Source of the DNA: Paecilomyces variotii
Taxonomy: Eukaryota
Length of the DNA stretch: 64,000 bases
Direction: 5' to 3' (one strand)
Assembly: GCA_004022145.1 (NCBI GenBank)
Contig: RCNU01000008.1
In this document: positions 1 to 13,027 of the stretch, piece after piece
Layout of the letters: the number at the start of each line of letters is the position of its first letter
How positions within the stretch are numbered: the first letter of the stretch is position 1
The notes under the pieces: model-generated
Seen by the model: the letters and a program-made list of their open reading frames with translations, nothing else
The model's database searches: none
Told to the model about the DNA's origin: nothing
Made by a program: the position numbers and the translations under genes

Positions 1-1023
1 AGACGCCGGTGGCTGCACCCTGGAGAGCACATCGAGAGCGTCCGCAGGGCGTCCCAGATACGTCAAGATCCTGGCCAACCGATGCATGATCTTGGGGTTC
101 GTCGGATCCAGCTCGTGCGCCCGTTGGCAGTCCTCCAGGGCTTCCCGGTATCGGGCCGCAGAGAGGTAAGCGGCGGCGCGGTTAGACAGGTATGCGGACG
201 AGTTGGGGTTAATCTCGATAGCTGTTACGGTAGGAGCGCCGTTAATATCCGCTTCGGAAAGGAAGGGAGAGGAAAGGAAAAGGAAAAGAAAAGAAGAAAA
301 TTCTGCTGGATTTCAGCAACCGCAGCACGAGGCAAACCTACCTTTATTGTACTCCTGAATGGCACGGTTGTAATCGCCTGCCTTGTAGAATTTGTTCCCC
401 GCCAACTTGAATGACTCCGCGTCCGGCGCTGGAGGGCTCGACCGGTGAGGCGGGGGAGTTGGACTTCTATCTTCCTGTGCGGGACTGGCTCCATTGGGAG
501 TCTCTCCAGAGGGCGATGTGACGGGAGCAGTATTGGACGACGAGGGGCTCTCCTCGACGTCCATCGAGCTCCGCGCATCTTCTCTGGTAGCCATGGCCGT
601 GAGGCGGCGAAGCTCGTCGGGCGGTAGGTTTAGCGGATGAGAGTCTTGGTCCCGGTGATCCCGTGCAGAGGAATAGCGGCGCGAGATGGTGAAACTGCGT
701 TTGTTGGAGGTGGTCGACGAGGAGCGACTGTGCTGGAAATAATCGCGGTGCGAGACAGACTTGGTGGGCGATTTCCGCGGCGACGTTGAGGTGGAAGACG
801 ACTTTCTCGGCGAGCCGGTGGGCGACGGCCGGTATTCGGGCGACTTGGGCGGCGGCGGCGGAATCACAATACGCTGGGAGAGGGGGTCGATGCGGTCCTT
901 CTTGTCCTTAACGCGCTCGCTGGATGTCTCTCGCTCTCTGGGCTGACCTTTCTCTTTCTCTTTCTCCTTGGTCTTGGTCTTGTGCTTGTCGGGCGATTTG
1001 GAAAAGATATGATTGAGCACCAT
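1..1023 (-). CDS. TPR-repeat co-chaperone, probably DnaJ/TPR (DNAJC7-like); 5' part only, runs off window start
   Basis: ATG at 1023 (MVLNHIFSKS...), long S/P/K-rich N-terminus, then TPR 'AESFKLAGNKFYKAGDYNRAIQEYNK'. Intron 341-222 (GTAGGT...TAACAG) joins to 'AIEINPNSSAYLSNRAAAYLSAARYREALEDC...DPTNPKIMHRLARIL'. The J domain would lie outside the window (inferred). Confidence 0.8.
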
Positions 1024-2567
1024 GAGGAGCTTTTGCGGGTTGCGGGATCGAACTACGACGAAAGCGGTAGAAGGATCGGGGTCTAAGCTTCGCTGAGAAA
1101 GCAGAGAAGGGCGAAAGGAAGAGGGAGAAAGAAACAAGAACAAAGATGCCAGCAACAGAGCACAAAACACAGCACTCAATAACACGGCAGGATGGCTAGA
1201 CGTGGTTTCTTCGCGACCGGAGAGACAGCAGGCCCATTGTGGATGTGGGAGTCAGGATGCGAGCGAGCAGAGCACGAGAAGAAAAGAAGAGAGAGAGAGA
1301 GAGAGAGAGACCACCCACCACTCTGGAGCTGGAGGTTCTTCTGATCGTCTTTTTTTGTGTCGGTGGAGCTACCAGCAACAAGAGACAAAAGAGCTGATGG
1401 GCAATGCCGACTGTCGCTCGTCAACTTCCCTCCGGGGAGCGCGCCCGGTGGCCGTTAGTGAGCTCACCACTGGGGCCGAATGGGCCTGCGCTGCCCATGG
1501 TGATCGGCTTAGCGTCTGCGCTGCTGGATAAATAGAATCCTATCGATGGCTGTTTTGCTCCCGCTGTGCTTCCTGTCTGGTTGGTGCTGGGTGTTTTGCA
1601 TGAGCCGTGATCATGGACAACCTGGAGGATCTACTCGACCGGCCAAAAAGAAGAGCTGGCTTCCCAGCCACCACGATCCCGACCTTTTTTGTGATGGCCT
1701 GAGATGAGTCTCATGATTCTCATCCCTCACTGGTGGAGACGATGGATCAAGTCCGTGCTGACTTCGAGTAGAAATTATCCTATCGACCTAGCCTGCCTTA
1801 GTTGCTCCCCATTGTTTATATTGCCCCTCGCAGTTGGGGCTGGTGATAACAGAGTTGTATACGCAGTCTGGGAGGCTCCCGACACCTTCATACAGCTTAA
1901 TATAGTTGATAGATCATAATTCTGGTGTACCATAGACATGTGGTCGTAGTATCTAAGAAGAGTGCTGGATATACTGGATGCAGATGCTTAATGACTGTAT
2001 TTCTTCCGCACAGAGGCGCTTATCCTCTTCCCGTCTTGAGCACGTGTCTCTGTATACCGCTCTATGAAATCCCAAAAGTCCGGATGGACGTGCACTGGCC
2101 TCGATCTCTGTTGTTTTTCTGCTAGTCCGGTCCTTCCGGCACCGCCCAACTGAGGCCTGTTGATGCTGAGTGCAGAGGTTGGGCCTATGGCCTTGCTCTG
2201 CAGGGAAATGTAGCTATGTACCGCCGTCCTGGATACGTCCGAAGTAACCAGTCTGCGTCGCCCTCCTGTATTGACATGACACTCCGTAGAGCGGGGTGCA
2301 ACTGCTGCATTTTCCGCACGAATTAGTGCGGTTCGGACGCATCTATCGGGTCTTATCGATACAATAATGAGTAGCGGATAGGAGAGAAACGATGCAGCAA
2401 GAATGGGATACATACTACGGTGGTATTTTAAATCGATCAATCAACTGAAAGCCCTCGAAACTGCGTCTCGGGGAAATGGCTATGATAAACATCGTAGATT
2501 CCAAGGGCGACCATGGCAGGTCGTGGCCATCACACGGTCCTGTCAACCCTTTACATATATGCAAGCG

Positions 2568-4550
2568 CTAAATCATGGAAGAGATGGTATGCAGAGGAGA
2601 GACGGTCTTCACGTTCGACAGGGCGCTCTCCACGACAGCTGAAGTCGCCGGCGCAGGATGTGTTGTCGCGGCATCCGTCCGAGGCGGTGCTGGTGTTCCC
2701 GGTCTGGGACTCGCGGTCGCCGTCGACGGTCGGCCGTTCTCACGACGCCGTTTGGGAGCGTCTTTGATTTTGGGATGGGAATGGCACTGGATGTACATAT
2801 GAATTTAGCCACGGGAGATCAACGAACCGCGCGGGAACGAACCTTATATGCATGGCGGAACCACGTGGTGCCCTTCTTCTTGCTGCTCACCAGCGCAATC
2901 CATTCCCCGCAGCTGCCACACAGTCCCTCCCAGACGTCTGCGTTGCCTTCCATCCGCCGTGTTTCTCGCGGTGGCTCGAAGGCCTGGCCGGTGGCTGCAC
3001 TTACTCCGTGGGTGAAGCTCTTGTCGTACCAGAAAGCAGAGTTCTTCAGCACCAGCCATCGCCCCGGCTTGCAGATACCACACCATCCCTCCCGCTTGTT
3101 GCCATGGCCCCGAACCCATCGGGGTGTATACAGGTCATTCTCGAACCGTAATTCCTGTTCATGCGGCACCAGATCGGGGTCGTCCGGGTGGAGATCCTCC
3201 GGCGGAGGGGGTACCTGCTCCTCGCGGAGAGGCCCTAGAAGATCAGGAGGCTCGAATAGACTGGCGTAATGATCGAGACAATTCCCGTGAGGATCCGCAC
3301 TGCTCTGTAGAGTTCGAAAGGGGCCCTGAGACAAGAGTCGGAGGGGGTTAGGAACCCGATTATCAGAACTGGATGGCAACAGGAATGCGCGGCGGTGGAA
3401 ACGAGCTGGTGAGGACCCGAGAACTGGCGGCGGAGCGAGATTTGACGGAGGCAGGATAGTATTCGATGTGACTGAAGGAACAGAGTACTTTGGGACGTTC
3501 GTTGCACGGTGGTAGCTTTCGGAGCTGGGGTATAGGAGAGGCGACGACCTGAGGACGGGAGACGGTCCGTAGGAACCTGTAGACCACCTCTTCCGCCCTC
3601 CATCCAAAGTATATGGAGCGGCCCGCATATTGGGTCGTGGGGACGGGGAGGCTTTCCCGCGACTACCTGTCCTGGACGACTCCGTTGGAGGATATCGGGG
3701 GGTTGGAACGGGAGAAAGGACATTGGACGAAAGAGTCATCGAGCTCCTCGGGGTATAGTCAGCCGGATACGGTAATGGGTCCGGATATGATGACATGTCT
3801 GGCACGTCTATTGAGCCACCTCCGACGCTGGACATGGAGAACGAAGATCCAGAGAAGCGTCGGGTATCGTCGTCGGATTTGAGCAACTCGTGTTCCGGCT
3901 CAGGAGGACGGCCTCTCACATTCACGAGTGAATGGTTCTCATCCGCAGGGAGAAGGTTGTCTGGAAACGTCCCTACATCGGTTTCCAAACTCGAATAGTC
4001 TAGAGAGTGGTCTGCGGGTTTCTGTTCGTGGAAAGCTATATCATATCAGCGATCTGTAGTCCAATAATCTGACAGGAAAAGCATACAGCGGTCGACTGGA
4101 TTTTGTAACAAGTCATTGACACTATTCATCTCTGGAGGTAATGAGTAGTACTGTGGAAGGTAGAGGCCATATGTGTTCCACGATAAGGGTCGGCCATAAT
4201 TCGTCGTATATGTGGGCGCATATGTCCGCGCAGGAGGAGGTGCTCCAGGGTGGCCTGCAGCCGGGTAACTTTGCGTTTGATAACCTGGTGGCCAGACTCT
4301 GATTCCTAATGCTTCCATCGTAGTCGCTGTTGAAATTTGATTATCTGCGTTGGGTCTCCCTGTTGCGCGCGTGCTTCCGTGTATATCTGGTGTGGAAGCG
4401 AGACTCTGCGACTCAAACGACGTCTCCGTCGATGGTGACCACTGGCTCCTGGGATACAGTCAGTCCTCCCACCTTGACATTCCCTGCGCAAATACTCCGC
4501 GCGTCCGGGTGTTCCTCAACATACCGCCGTAATGTATTATTATAATCCAT
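2568..4550 (-). CDS. Rua1 C-terminal domain (DUF4451)-type putative transcription regulator
   Basis: Conserved block 'ELRFENDLYTPRWVRGHGNKREGWCGICKPGRWLVLKNSAFWYDKSFTHGVSAATG...WEGLCGSCGEWI...WFRHAYK|CH'. Four-exon model with introns 4524-4449, 4086-4036 and 2842-2787, all GT..AG and phase-consistent. ATG at 4550 (MDYNNTLRR) is directly preceded by an in-frame TAA. Confidence 0.75.
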
Positions 4551-7058
4551 TTAGACTCTGGAAGCCTCTGGTTGGCATGAAAGATTCCTGCGCTTCCATA
4601 TTAGTTATAAGTGCTGTGGACAAAGGTGCCCCGCAATCGCCATGTCGGATGCCTAGAAAAGCACTTACTAAAATGATATTTGTATCGCTCGTGGCAGGGT
4701 AACGACTGGACAGGTCTTCCAATACCGCGGATGAAAATAAAAAGAGAAAAGAAAGAAAGAAAGCTAGAAAGGGCGACGAATCGAAAAGACAGAAAAAAGA
4801 AGCCTGCTGGACAACGAAAAAGCCTTCGTTATATCACCGCAGGACTGGAAATAGAATCGAAAAGAGGAGCCAGCTCCCAGGAGACGAAGTGAAAAGGGTA
4901 AAGGGAAAAAAAAAAGAGTATGAATTAGACTAAATATCAAATGGCATAACTATTTTAGTGAGCGACACGGCGGCCATATATTGTAGGGAAACGAAAACAA
5001 GAGACGAACCGGTCAGAAAAAGGCAAGAACAGGAACGAGTCAGAGAAAATGGGGTATATAGACGCCGCGAGCGTTCCATACATGGCCCACGACAGAGGCT
5101 CGAAAGAGAGGCCCTATCACAACAATGATCCAAAACAGGCAAGCCAGGGTCTCTGCTACCCAGGTGGGCAATCCAGGGTTCACGAACATCGTCAAGGCTC
5201 ACATCCTCGACCAATCTTCCAAATGACTCGATGGCCTCACCGAAACACTGGGGCATGGGTCTGAAGCTAGACCCGCGCCTTGAGGGTTTGATATCAGGCC
5301 AGCGTGGAAGCGAGTGTATCATATCATATCATCGAAGCCCGGGGACCGGAACTCTCGAGGAAATAAGCGCTACATTCCATCAGTAGTGAGCAGAGCCAAC
5401 CCCTTGGGCGGTGTACAGTGGTTGTGCTCCGGGAGAAAGCTGAAGCAAACCGTCTCCTAGAGTGCTCTTCTTTGGGCAATGATAAGTTCTCTGCTCTCTA
5501 GCTTAAGCGCCCGTCGCAGAACCAAGCGCACCAGCAAAAGCCCAGGCCAAAGAACAGCAGCGAAACTGTCATAACCGAGGCGTAGACCGGAAATAAGAAA
5601 ACTGTCCGGTCATAGCTAGCTGCTATTTTCCGTTGAGGCGTAGCTGCTGGGCAGGCACAGAGGAGGCTTGATGAGAAAAGAATCGTTTCATGATCTGGCC
5701 GGAAACAAGCTTCAAACCGCCAAGACATCCTGAGACGGAGTCAGGAACAGCAGCAACAGCCGGGGCCGCCGATAACTGACTAAAACTCAACGGCGAACTA
5801 GGCAGATCGTCGTGAAGCCGGAGGAATTCCTGATCTTCTTGGTAATCACCGTTAGCACTGACGGCTCTTTTTCTCACGCCTGTTTCTCTCCTTTGCAATG
5901 TCCTTGGCATCGTTGGTCTCGTCTTGCATATCGGTAGGAGGGACCTGTTCTCCAGGTCAGCGGCAACTGCACTAACTATCTTGTGGAGAAAAACCGTTGC
6001 TCAAGGCTAACCACAGTCGTTGCGAGGGGAATATGGACCGTGACCTTTATTTCCCCGAAGACAGCACTCTTTGAGTTTGAGCAGGCCAAAGATACGAGCT
6101 CTCGACGGAACAAAGTCGGGAAACATGCAGTAGCAGAGCCGAACTCTTGCATAAGCCCACTCAGAACATCGATCGAGAAAGTGTTCGCGTGGGCATGAAA
6201 CCACGCTAATCAAATTCGAATGGTCAGTGTGTCGGTGGCTCCCCTAGGTACAGTACATAAGTACAGTACGAAACCTCTCTACGGAAGCAGGCCAAGCAAC
6301 AACCAGAGAGTATATATGAAATACAGCTTGGGGCTAGTCTATGGTTAGCATTTCCAGGGCGGATGAAACTCCAAGACTTCATAGAGCCAAAACCGTCCGA
6401 AAGATACTGATCTGCGCTCTCGTATCTGTCTGTCGGGCTCTGCTAGCTTGCCAACTACTCCGGAGTCCGTAGATGATTTTCCAACTCCATGAAGATCCAA
6501 GTAGATAGACTACAAGGCTCAAGCTAAGGAAATAAGTCGCCGCATTCTCACAAGCCGCCGGCAATGAGGCACGGGCACTATGTATCCGCATTTTGGTATT
6601 ACGCGCAGCGCACAGCCTCGAGACCTCAATGCTGTGGCGGTGGATTGAGGAAGTACTAAGAACAAGCAAGCTGGTCTGGAGATACATAATTTTGTTTGAT
6701 AGAAGTGGCATCACTTATCATTGAGTGACTATCGAGATCTACTACCTAGACGAGCTTTCAACACCGTACCAAAGAACCCAATGAACCGGACCTTGATGTC
6801 ATTCGATCGACATAATACAGGCTATCGTAGCACAATACATAACAGTCTGCAGGCCAGGAGAGGTGACTCAAGAAGTAATCTGAACTCACATGTTTGCCGT
6901 ATGGCACAAAGGCGGAGGTCCCGTGGAGCTCCAACTTTTTTTTTCTTTTTTCTTTTTTTTTTCTGTTTTTATTCTTTTTCTGGTCGCCAGCGTACCACCT
7001 GAAATAGAAGACCAGATGCCTCGAGAATTCAGGTTGAATTCAGACCACTGCTTCCGAT

Positions 7059-10000
7059 TTAGGCTGCGTCTTCCACCTTGACCGAGACATGCTCTTCGGC
7101 CTCCACGCAACCGCTCAGCACATCCATGGCTGACGTCGAATCGATATTCCTTTGATCAGCGACGTCTCCTGAGTGGCCACGTGAAGCGGGACGCTGTAAA
7201 AGCTTGCTGTTCAGATCAAGTTCATCTTGCGCCAGTTTTACGATACTGGCTATCTCGGATTTAATCTCGATCTGGGTTTCGTTGAAGGCTGCGAGCTGTG
7301 GAGCCACTATAGCCGCATAGTAATCACGCCAGATGTTTTCGAGGTGAGTCCTGATTCCATTCGTGATATTATCTTGAATGGATTTTATCTCCCCGAGAAG
7401 GGACTCGGCGGCCTTTTCGGCGCTGTCGTCGAACATATAGTTCCGTGCATTCTCGGTCTTCACTTCCATGATCCTTCTCATTCTTTGGAGACTCCCCGCG
7501 CCTGCGGAACAGGTGTCAGTTATGATACCAATCGAAGGACAACGACATGATACTTACCTCTCTGTTCAGTACACTGCTCGTACGCCGACTCCATCGCTTC
7601 TGCGATAGCTGGAGTGAACTCTCGACTGACTCGTCTCTGCAGGTCCTTGAACGACTGAGCCGCTGAAAGAAACAAGACGCCCAGAGATCTGCGATAATTG
7701 TCATTTTGCGTCGTCAAGATCGTCCGGTAATGACCAGTAACGACCTCGTTTCCGTGCATCAGGGAATTATGAAAGCCCTGGAGGAGATTCTCAGAGCCTG
7801 ACACAGCCCGACCCAGCTGGTCTGGAAGATTAGACTGGAAAGCCCTACGTCAGGGGAAATCGTTAGTAGTATAAATATGCATGCTGATAGAATATTCTTA
7901 CCTCTGCCAGGAAGGAAGCAGATCTCTCAGCATGGGGTCGCATCTATACCATCAGCAAGGTATACTGAAAACCCTCGAAGACAATCTACTTACAGTTCTT
8001 GGTTCCAGTCCTTGACGGGGTCAGTGTCACAGGAATCAATTTCGGTCGGTATAGACTTACAAGCTTTCGATATACGCCCTGAAGGACACCTGATCGTCTA
8101 CATATAGCCCTGTAGGTGTTCCACCTGTATCCCGGGATCATCTGACCGCCCCGGCCTGTATGGGGTTCATTCCAACGATGCACGACAGCCATCGCTTTCG
8201 AACGACCACGAAGAGCTGCATGTCCTAGCATATCAACGAGTTAGATACTGTTCGACAGTAATATATGGAAGTTAGGATAACAAACTCAGACGCTGGAAAA
8301 CATGTCCTTCAAAAGTGTCGAGCTGCTCATCGAATAATGATTCTATCAACGCCACCAGAGCCTAACAATCGGAATAATATGAGTTTTTGCTTTTGAACAA
8401 GAAGTGGAATAAGCTTTACTTACTTTCTTCAAGGCGACGAAGTGATTTTCGAGTTCGCTCTGAAGCTCGATCCTCTTCTTCTCCGAGACCTCCGACGACT
8501 CCCTTTGGAGCGCCCAGAGATTCAATGACTGGAACAACTGTGAAATGCCTCGAAGTACGTTAAGGCAGGATGACTTCCTCGCCGTGTCTGCCAGAAGACG
8601 ACAGTGTTTCTGCAGTTGTGGGATCTCCGTGTCGGCCGGGTTGTTGAAGCCCGGAATCAAGGAATCCCTCCGCAACCTTCCAGAGACCTTCTGATAGCCA
8701 CGAGAGGAGACGCAGAACACTGGAAGGTTTCTGCCCAGCTTCTCGTAGTCACGGATCTGGATTTCAGGGTCAAAGTTGTCCGGGTCAATTGCTTCCAACT
8801 GTTCGTCATCCAGTTCCTTCAGCCCGGTTGCGAAGTCCCTACGGATAGCACCCTTAGAATATTCATTCCTGGCTCGGATACACTCAATATTTATGAGACC
8901 TTGTATGGCCTCTTCAGACATGAAGACATCATTCAGGGCTCTCTCTTTTTCTTTGATCTGCTGCGCCAGATCATCCCTCTTAGAGACCAGCTCATCCCTT
9001 CTGCTTTTCAGCTCTTCAAGTTTGGAACTGACGTCGGATTCTGTTAGAGGGCGTAGTCTCTCTGGGGCTTCGGTGACTTGATTGAGTTCGGTTTCTTCTC
9101 CAGTATCTCCCCCATCGTCTGACATGGCCAGCTCGTCGTCGGAGTCATCAACTTCTGGTCTCTTTCTCTCCGGCGTATCGCCGCGGCCTCTCTTTCGTTT
9201 GAGCGGACTTGAGAACTCCATAGGAGGGTATACCTCCTCTCCATCACGAGATGTCGCAAGAAGTTCCTGCCATGCTACTAGCTTCTCGAAGGTCTGCGCC
9301 AACTCTGTCGTGACAGAGTCGGCAATGGTCTGAAGTTCTTCAATCTCACTTTCTAGTAAGTCGCGTTCTATTTTCTTGGTTTCAGATTCTTCTATGAGGC
9401 CGGTGAGCTGGAGATCGAGAGACTCATGAGCTTCGGTAGTGCTGACGTCGTCTGTCTTGGTACAGATGAATGTGATGGACTCAAAGGCAGAATCCATCGC
9501 CAGCTGCCTCTTCATATTGTCTCCAAGCAGCTTCTTCGCAATGGCATCATCTACAGCCCGGGTTATCGGGGCGACAACCCAATGCGCTGAGCACTTCTTC
9601 ATGTATTCTTCCGCAACGGCCACACGAGCAGTATTGGAGTCCTGGACTCCTGGCAGGTCGACGATGACCGCTCCTGTGGACAATGCATCCGCCTTCACGT
9701 ATATCTTCACGACCCGAATCAGGGGCCACCATTCCGGTTCATCTTTCTGGGCTTCCTTTTTCTTCCCTCTTCTTTTCTCCTTGCTATCAACGTAGCTTTT
9801 GAGTCGCTCGTAGAACTTCTTTGGATTTTCCTCCTCAAATATGAGTGTGGTTCCGAACGTTTCTGTCAGCTTCGAGTCATTCAACAACTTCTCAACAGAC
9901 GACGCAAGGATCTCTTCCCTGCTGAGCGAAGGATAAACCGCCTTGATCTTGTCAAGCGCCATAGCAACCTCCGAGTCTCTCGGGAGACTACTATCATGGA

Positions 10001-10596
10001 CAACATCTCCGCTGCTGTCGCTGAGGTCCTGGAACAAAATCCTCAGCTCCTTTTCCCAAGCATCGCGCTGAATAAACTCAATGCGCGCCTTGTATCTGCT
10101 CACGCCGTCATTATACGAAACCTCCGTGGCGACGGCAGTACAAGCGCGCAGACAGTTCGTCGGGACGAGTCTCTCCTCATCCACCAGCGCATTTATCAAG
10201 GACGATTTCCCGGCTCCGGTGGTTCCAATGATGCCAATGACAAATTTGGTCTTGTCTGTGGTGTTGAGGACCTTGGCGATTTCGCCCTCCCAGTGTTGGT
10301 CACAGGTGCCGTACTTTTGAAAGACTTCGCGGAGGAGCTCGATTGCCTTGACGCCTTTCTCGATGGTTGTCTCTAATTCTTCGACAGAGTAGGTAATCTG
10401 AGCATCTTCACGATTATTCTCTTCATGAAGGACTTGAGAATTTGACCTTTGTGAAGACTGTCTCTCGTGCCTGTCGCTGCTTTGTTCTTGTTCTCTAGAA
10501 CCCTGATCTTATTTGTTGAATCAGTATCAAAAGTGACTATATGGTGAAACGTCAACAAACGATGGAGAACTTACTCAGAGCAGGATTCGACTCCAT
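7059..10596 (-). CDS. Dynamin-superfamily P-loop GTPase, nuclear GTPase SLIP-GC (NUGGC)-like
   Basis: G1 'IGIIGTTGAGKSSLINAL', G2 'PTNCLRACTAVATEV', G3 'IVDLPGVQD', G4 'FICTKTD', a long acidic coiled-coil, then 'VFCVSSRGYQK'. Short first exon MESNPAL (ATG 10596) is spliced via GTAAGT...TAAG. Several further introns at 7.5-8.4 kb. Last exon ends VKVEDAA* at 7059. Confidence 0.8.
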
Positions 10597-13027
10597 GACG
10601 GATTTTAGAGATAAATCCCTCCACGTAGCAAGATACCTCCGTTACACGATGTGTGTATCGTTACAAGTAATGAATATCATGTAATATCAGAGGTGTGAGA
10701 GAGATGATGTGGATTAGAAGTGAGTAGACGAGTGAAGACGGTCCACAGCTCTTCCCACCAAGAATCGAAAGAAAAGATGAAAAATGACTATTCCCCAAGA
10801 GCAGAAGACATATACAAGCCAAATATGATAACTCTTGAAGGATATTCAGACACGTCAACAGTAAGAGTAGACTTGTTGACAAGTGAGCTAGGTGGAGTGT
10901 GTATGCTGTTGTTGTTGTGTTTTGAATCTGATCTGGGTGGCAACCATGTGCTGGTCGAACACACGCTGGTCATTCTTTGTCTACATCACCTAAAGCGTCG
11001 AAGATCAGATGATATGAGTGTTCATAGAAGAAAGAAAAGTTGATACAGAATTGTAAGTAAGGTATGATAGAATGGATTATTATCAAAAGTGAATCGAATG
11101 GTTTCAGAGTAACTAGTCTCGGAGGGCAGAGTACCATATGCTGGTCCTTGAGAACCATCGTATGCTATTCTCCTAGTGCTCTCTCTCTCTTTTGTAGGAA
11201 GATGAGGGGTTTTTTAGTAAAAATTCACAGGACTTGCTGAATGATAAGTGAAAAATTCAAACTAGGGTAGGTGAATTCTTCGAGTAATCGACGCATCTTA
11301 TCACTCATGCATGTAACTTCGAAAGAAATTCACTCCAGAAGATATAGCCACCCGTAGACCCTCACTAGTTAACAGTGAATAAATACTATGATCTCGAACC
11401 ATGATATTAGTTATCAGTGGTTAAACCGTAAAGACGAGCTCCGTGTTAAGATGATAATAAAAGGTCTAGTTTCGAATAGCGGAGCATTTGGACATGGCCA
11501 ATTCATCTTCTGAGAAACCAAGATTTAAAATAGAAATAAGAAACATACTTCAGGATCCCTGGCTGACTTACCCATCGATGGAGCGTATGTAAGATTCATG
11601 GAGGGTTCTTTATGGAATTTGCTGCCTCTCTCTCGAAAATTCTCTCCGAGTTCGGTTCGGAACCTTGACCACGATGGCGAGGGTGGACTTCGTATACGAG
11701 ACGAAACGAAACGAAATCCCTCCCTCCCTCCCTAGATCTCCAATGTACAGTGGGGAATTGGCACTATGGTGAGAATAGAATGTGCTGCGCTGCAATTGCC
11801 ATTGAGGGAGAGATACCTCCATGAGTCAGTCTACGGCGAACTTTGAGAGCCTTGGAAGTGGGTTGGTTGGACCGGAAATAATAGACATGTGAATACTTAA
11901 CGCATGGCTCACACTACGTACTTAGAAAGGCTACATTTGCATTGATTCCACAAGGTCTACCCTGCAGCTTCCTGTCGTCTTGACTCTGGGGTGCGAAACT
12001 CTCAAAGGGCTAGAAGCAAAAGAATTCCAATTGCGAAAAGAAAAAAAAAAAAAAAAAAAAAAAAAGTCCACAGTAGAATATACCACCGTCATCATTAGTT
12101 ACTCGTTGTTTGTTATTAACAATCGACCCGGCAGGTAAATAACTAATTAATATTATTGTGTTGACAAAGGGAACGGTGAACAACAAACATCCATCCGGAA
12201 ACTGATGAGCAAAAAAATAGGCTTAACTACTTATTGTGAACCGATTAGAACCCTCTTTGCCGAAGTACTTAGAACCGAGCGAAAACAGGAAACGATGTCC
12301 GTATTATTCATTGTCGCCCTTGCCAGACTGGAAGCAAGGGGATCGTTCCCAGCCTGAAAGAAAAATCGTCCGCAATTATTCTGTTCGGAGAGGCCATGGC
12401 ACGATTCTGATCGGGATCTCGACAGTTAAATAACTAACTATCGTTGGTGATCTTCGGTTGGAGACCCGCTTTGTGTCCGCTAAGTAGGATCCCCTCTAAT
12501 TCTAGTCGTATGTGAATAATATCTTGCCAGTCAGTGTGATGAGGGGAGTTTGAGGATATCGGGCGGAGAGTTGCTTCTGCGAGTTCATGTCAGTTGAGGT
12601 TTGGTTTTGTCTCTGCAATCTGAGTATACTCTATATATACAATTTGTATGTACTATCGTTGACAAGTTGAAGCTTTTGTTTGACCTTTGGTCCGGAATTC
12701 CCGAATCTTCGCCGGGGCTCGGTGAAATATGAAGAAGTCGCCACTTTTTGGATTTGAAATCATAGTTATCAAAAGTTCTACAACTGACGGGGATAGGTTG
12801 AGCCACAGTAAGTAGAGCCACAGTAACTAAGTTAGAGTAGATGATGACAAACCCACGCATTTTCCAGTTATATTATAAATCTCTCTCTCCAATAATCAAT
12901 CGAATCCCCACACTATAAATAGGACCTGCTTTGTACCCCAACGTTGGTTATATTTAATATTATTATTATTATTATCTATTATTTATTTATTGTTCGTTGA
13001 TTTTTTTTATTTTTCTTTCTTTTCACA

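Noticed and set aside
5498-5910. Two overlapping short minus-strand ORFs, one ending in a hydrophobic stretch
   Set aside because: I could not find a convincing splice model or recognisable domain. A small gene cannot be excluded.
12036-12065. Long poly(A) run as a retroelement tail
   Set aside because: No upstream RT/SINE features or target-site duplication seen. Treated as a simple homopolymer.
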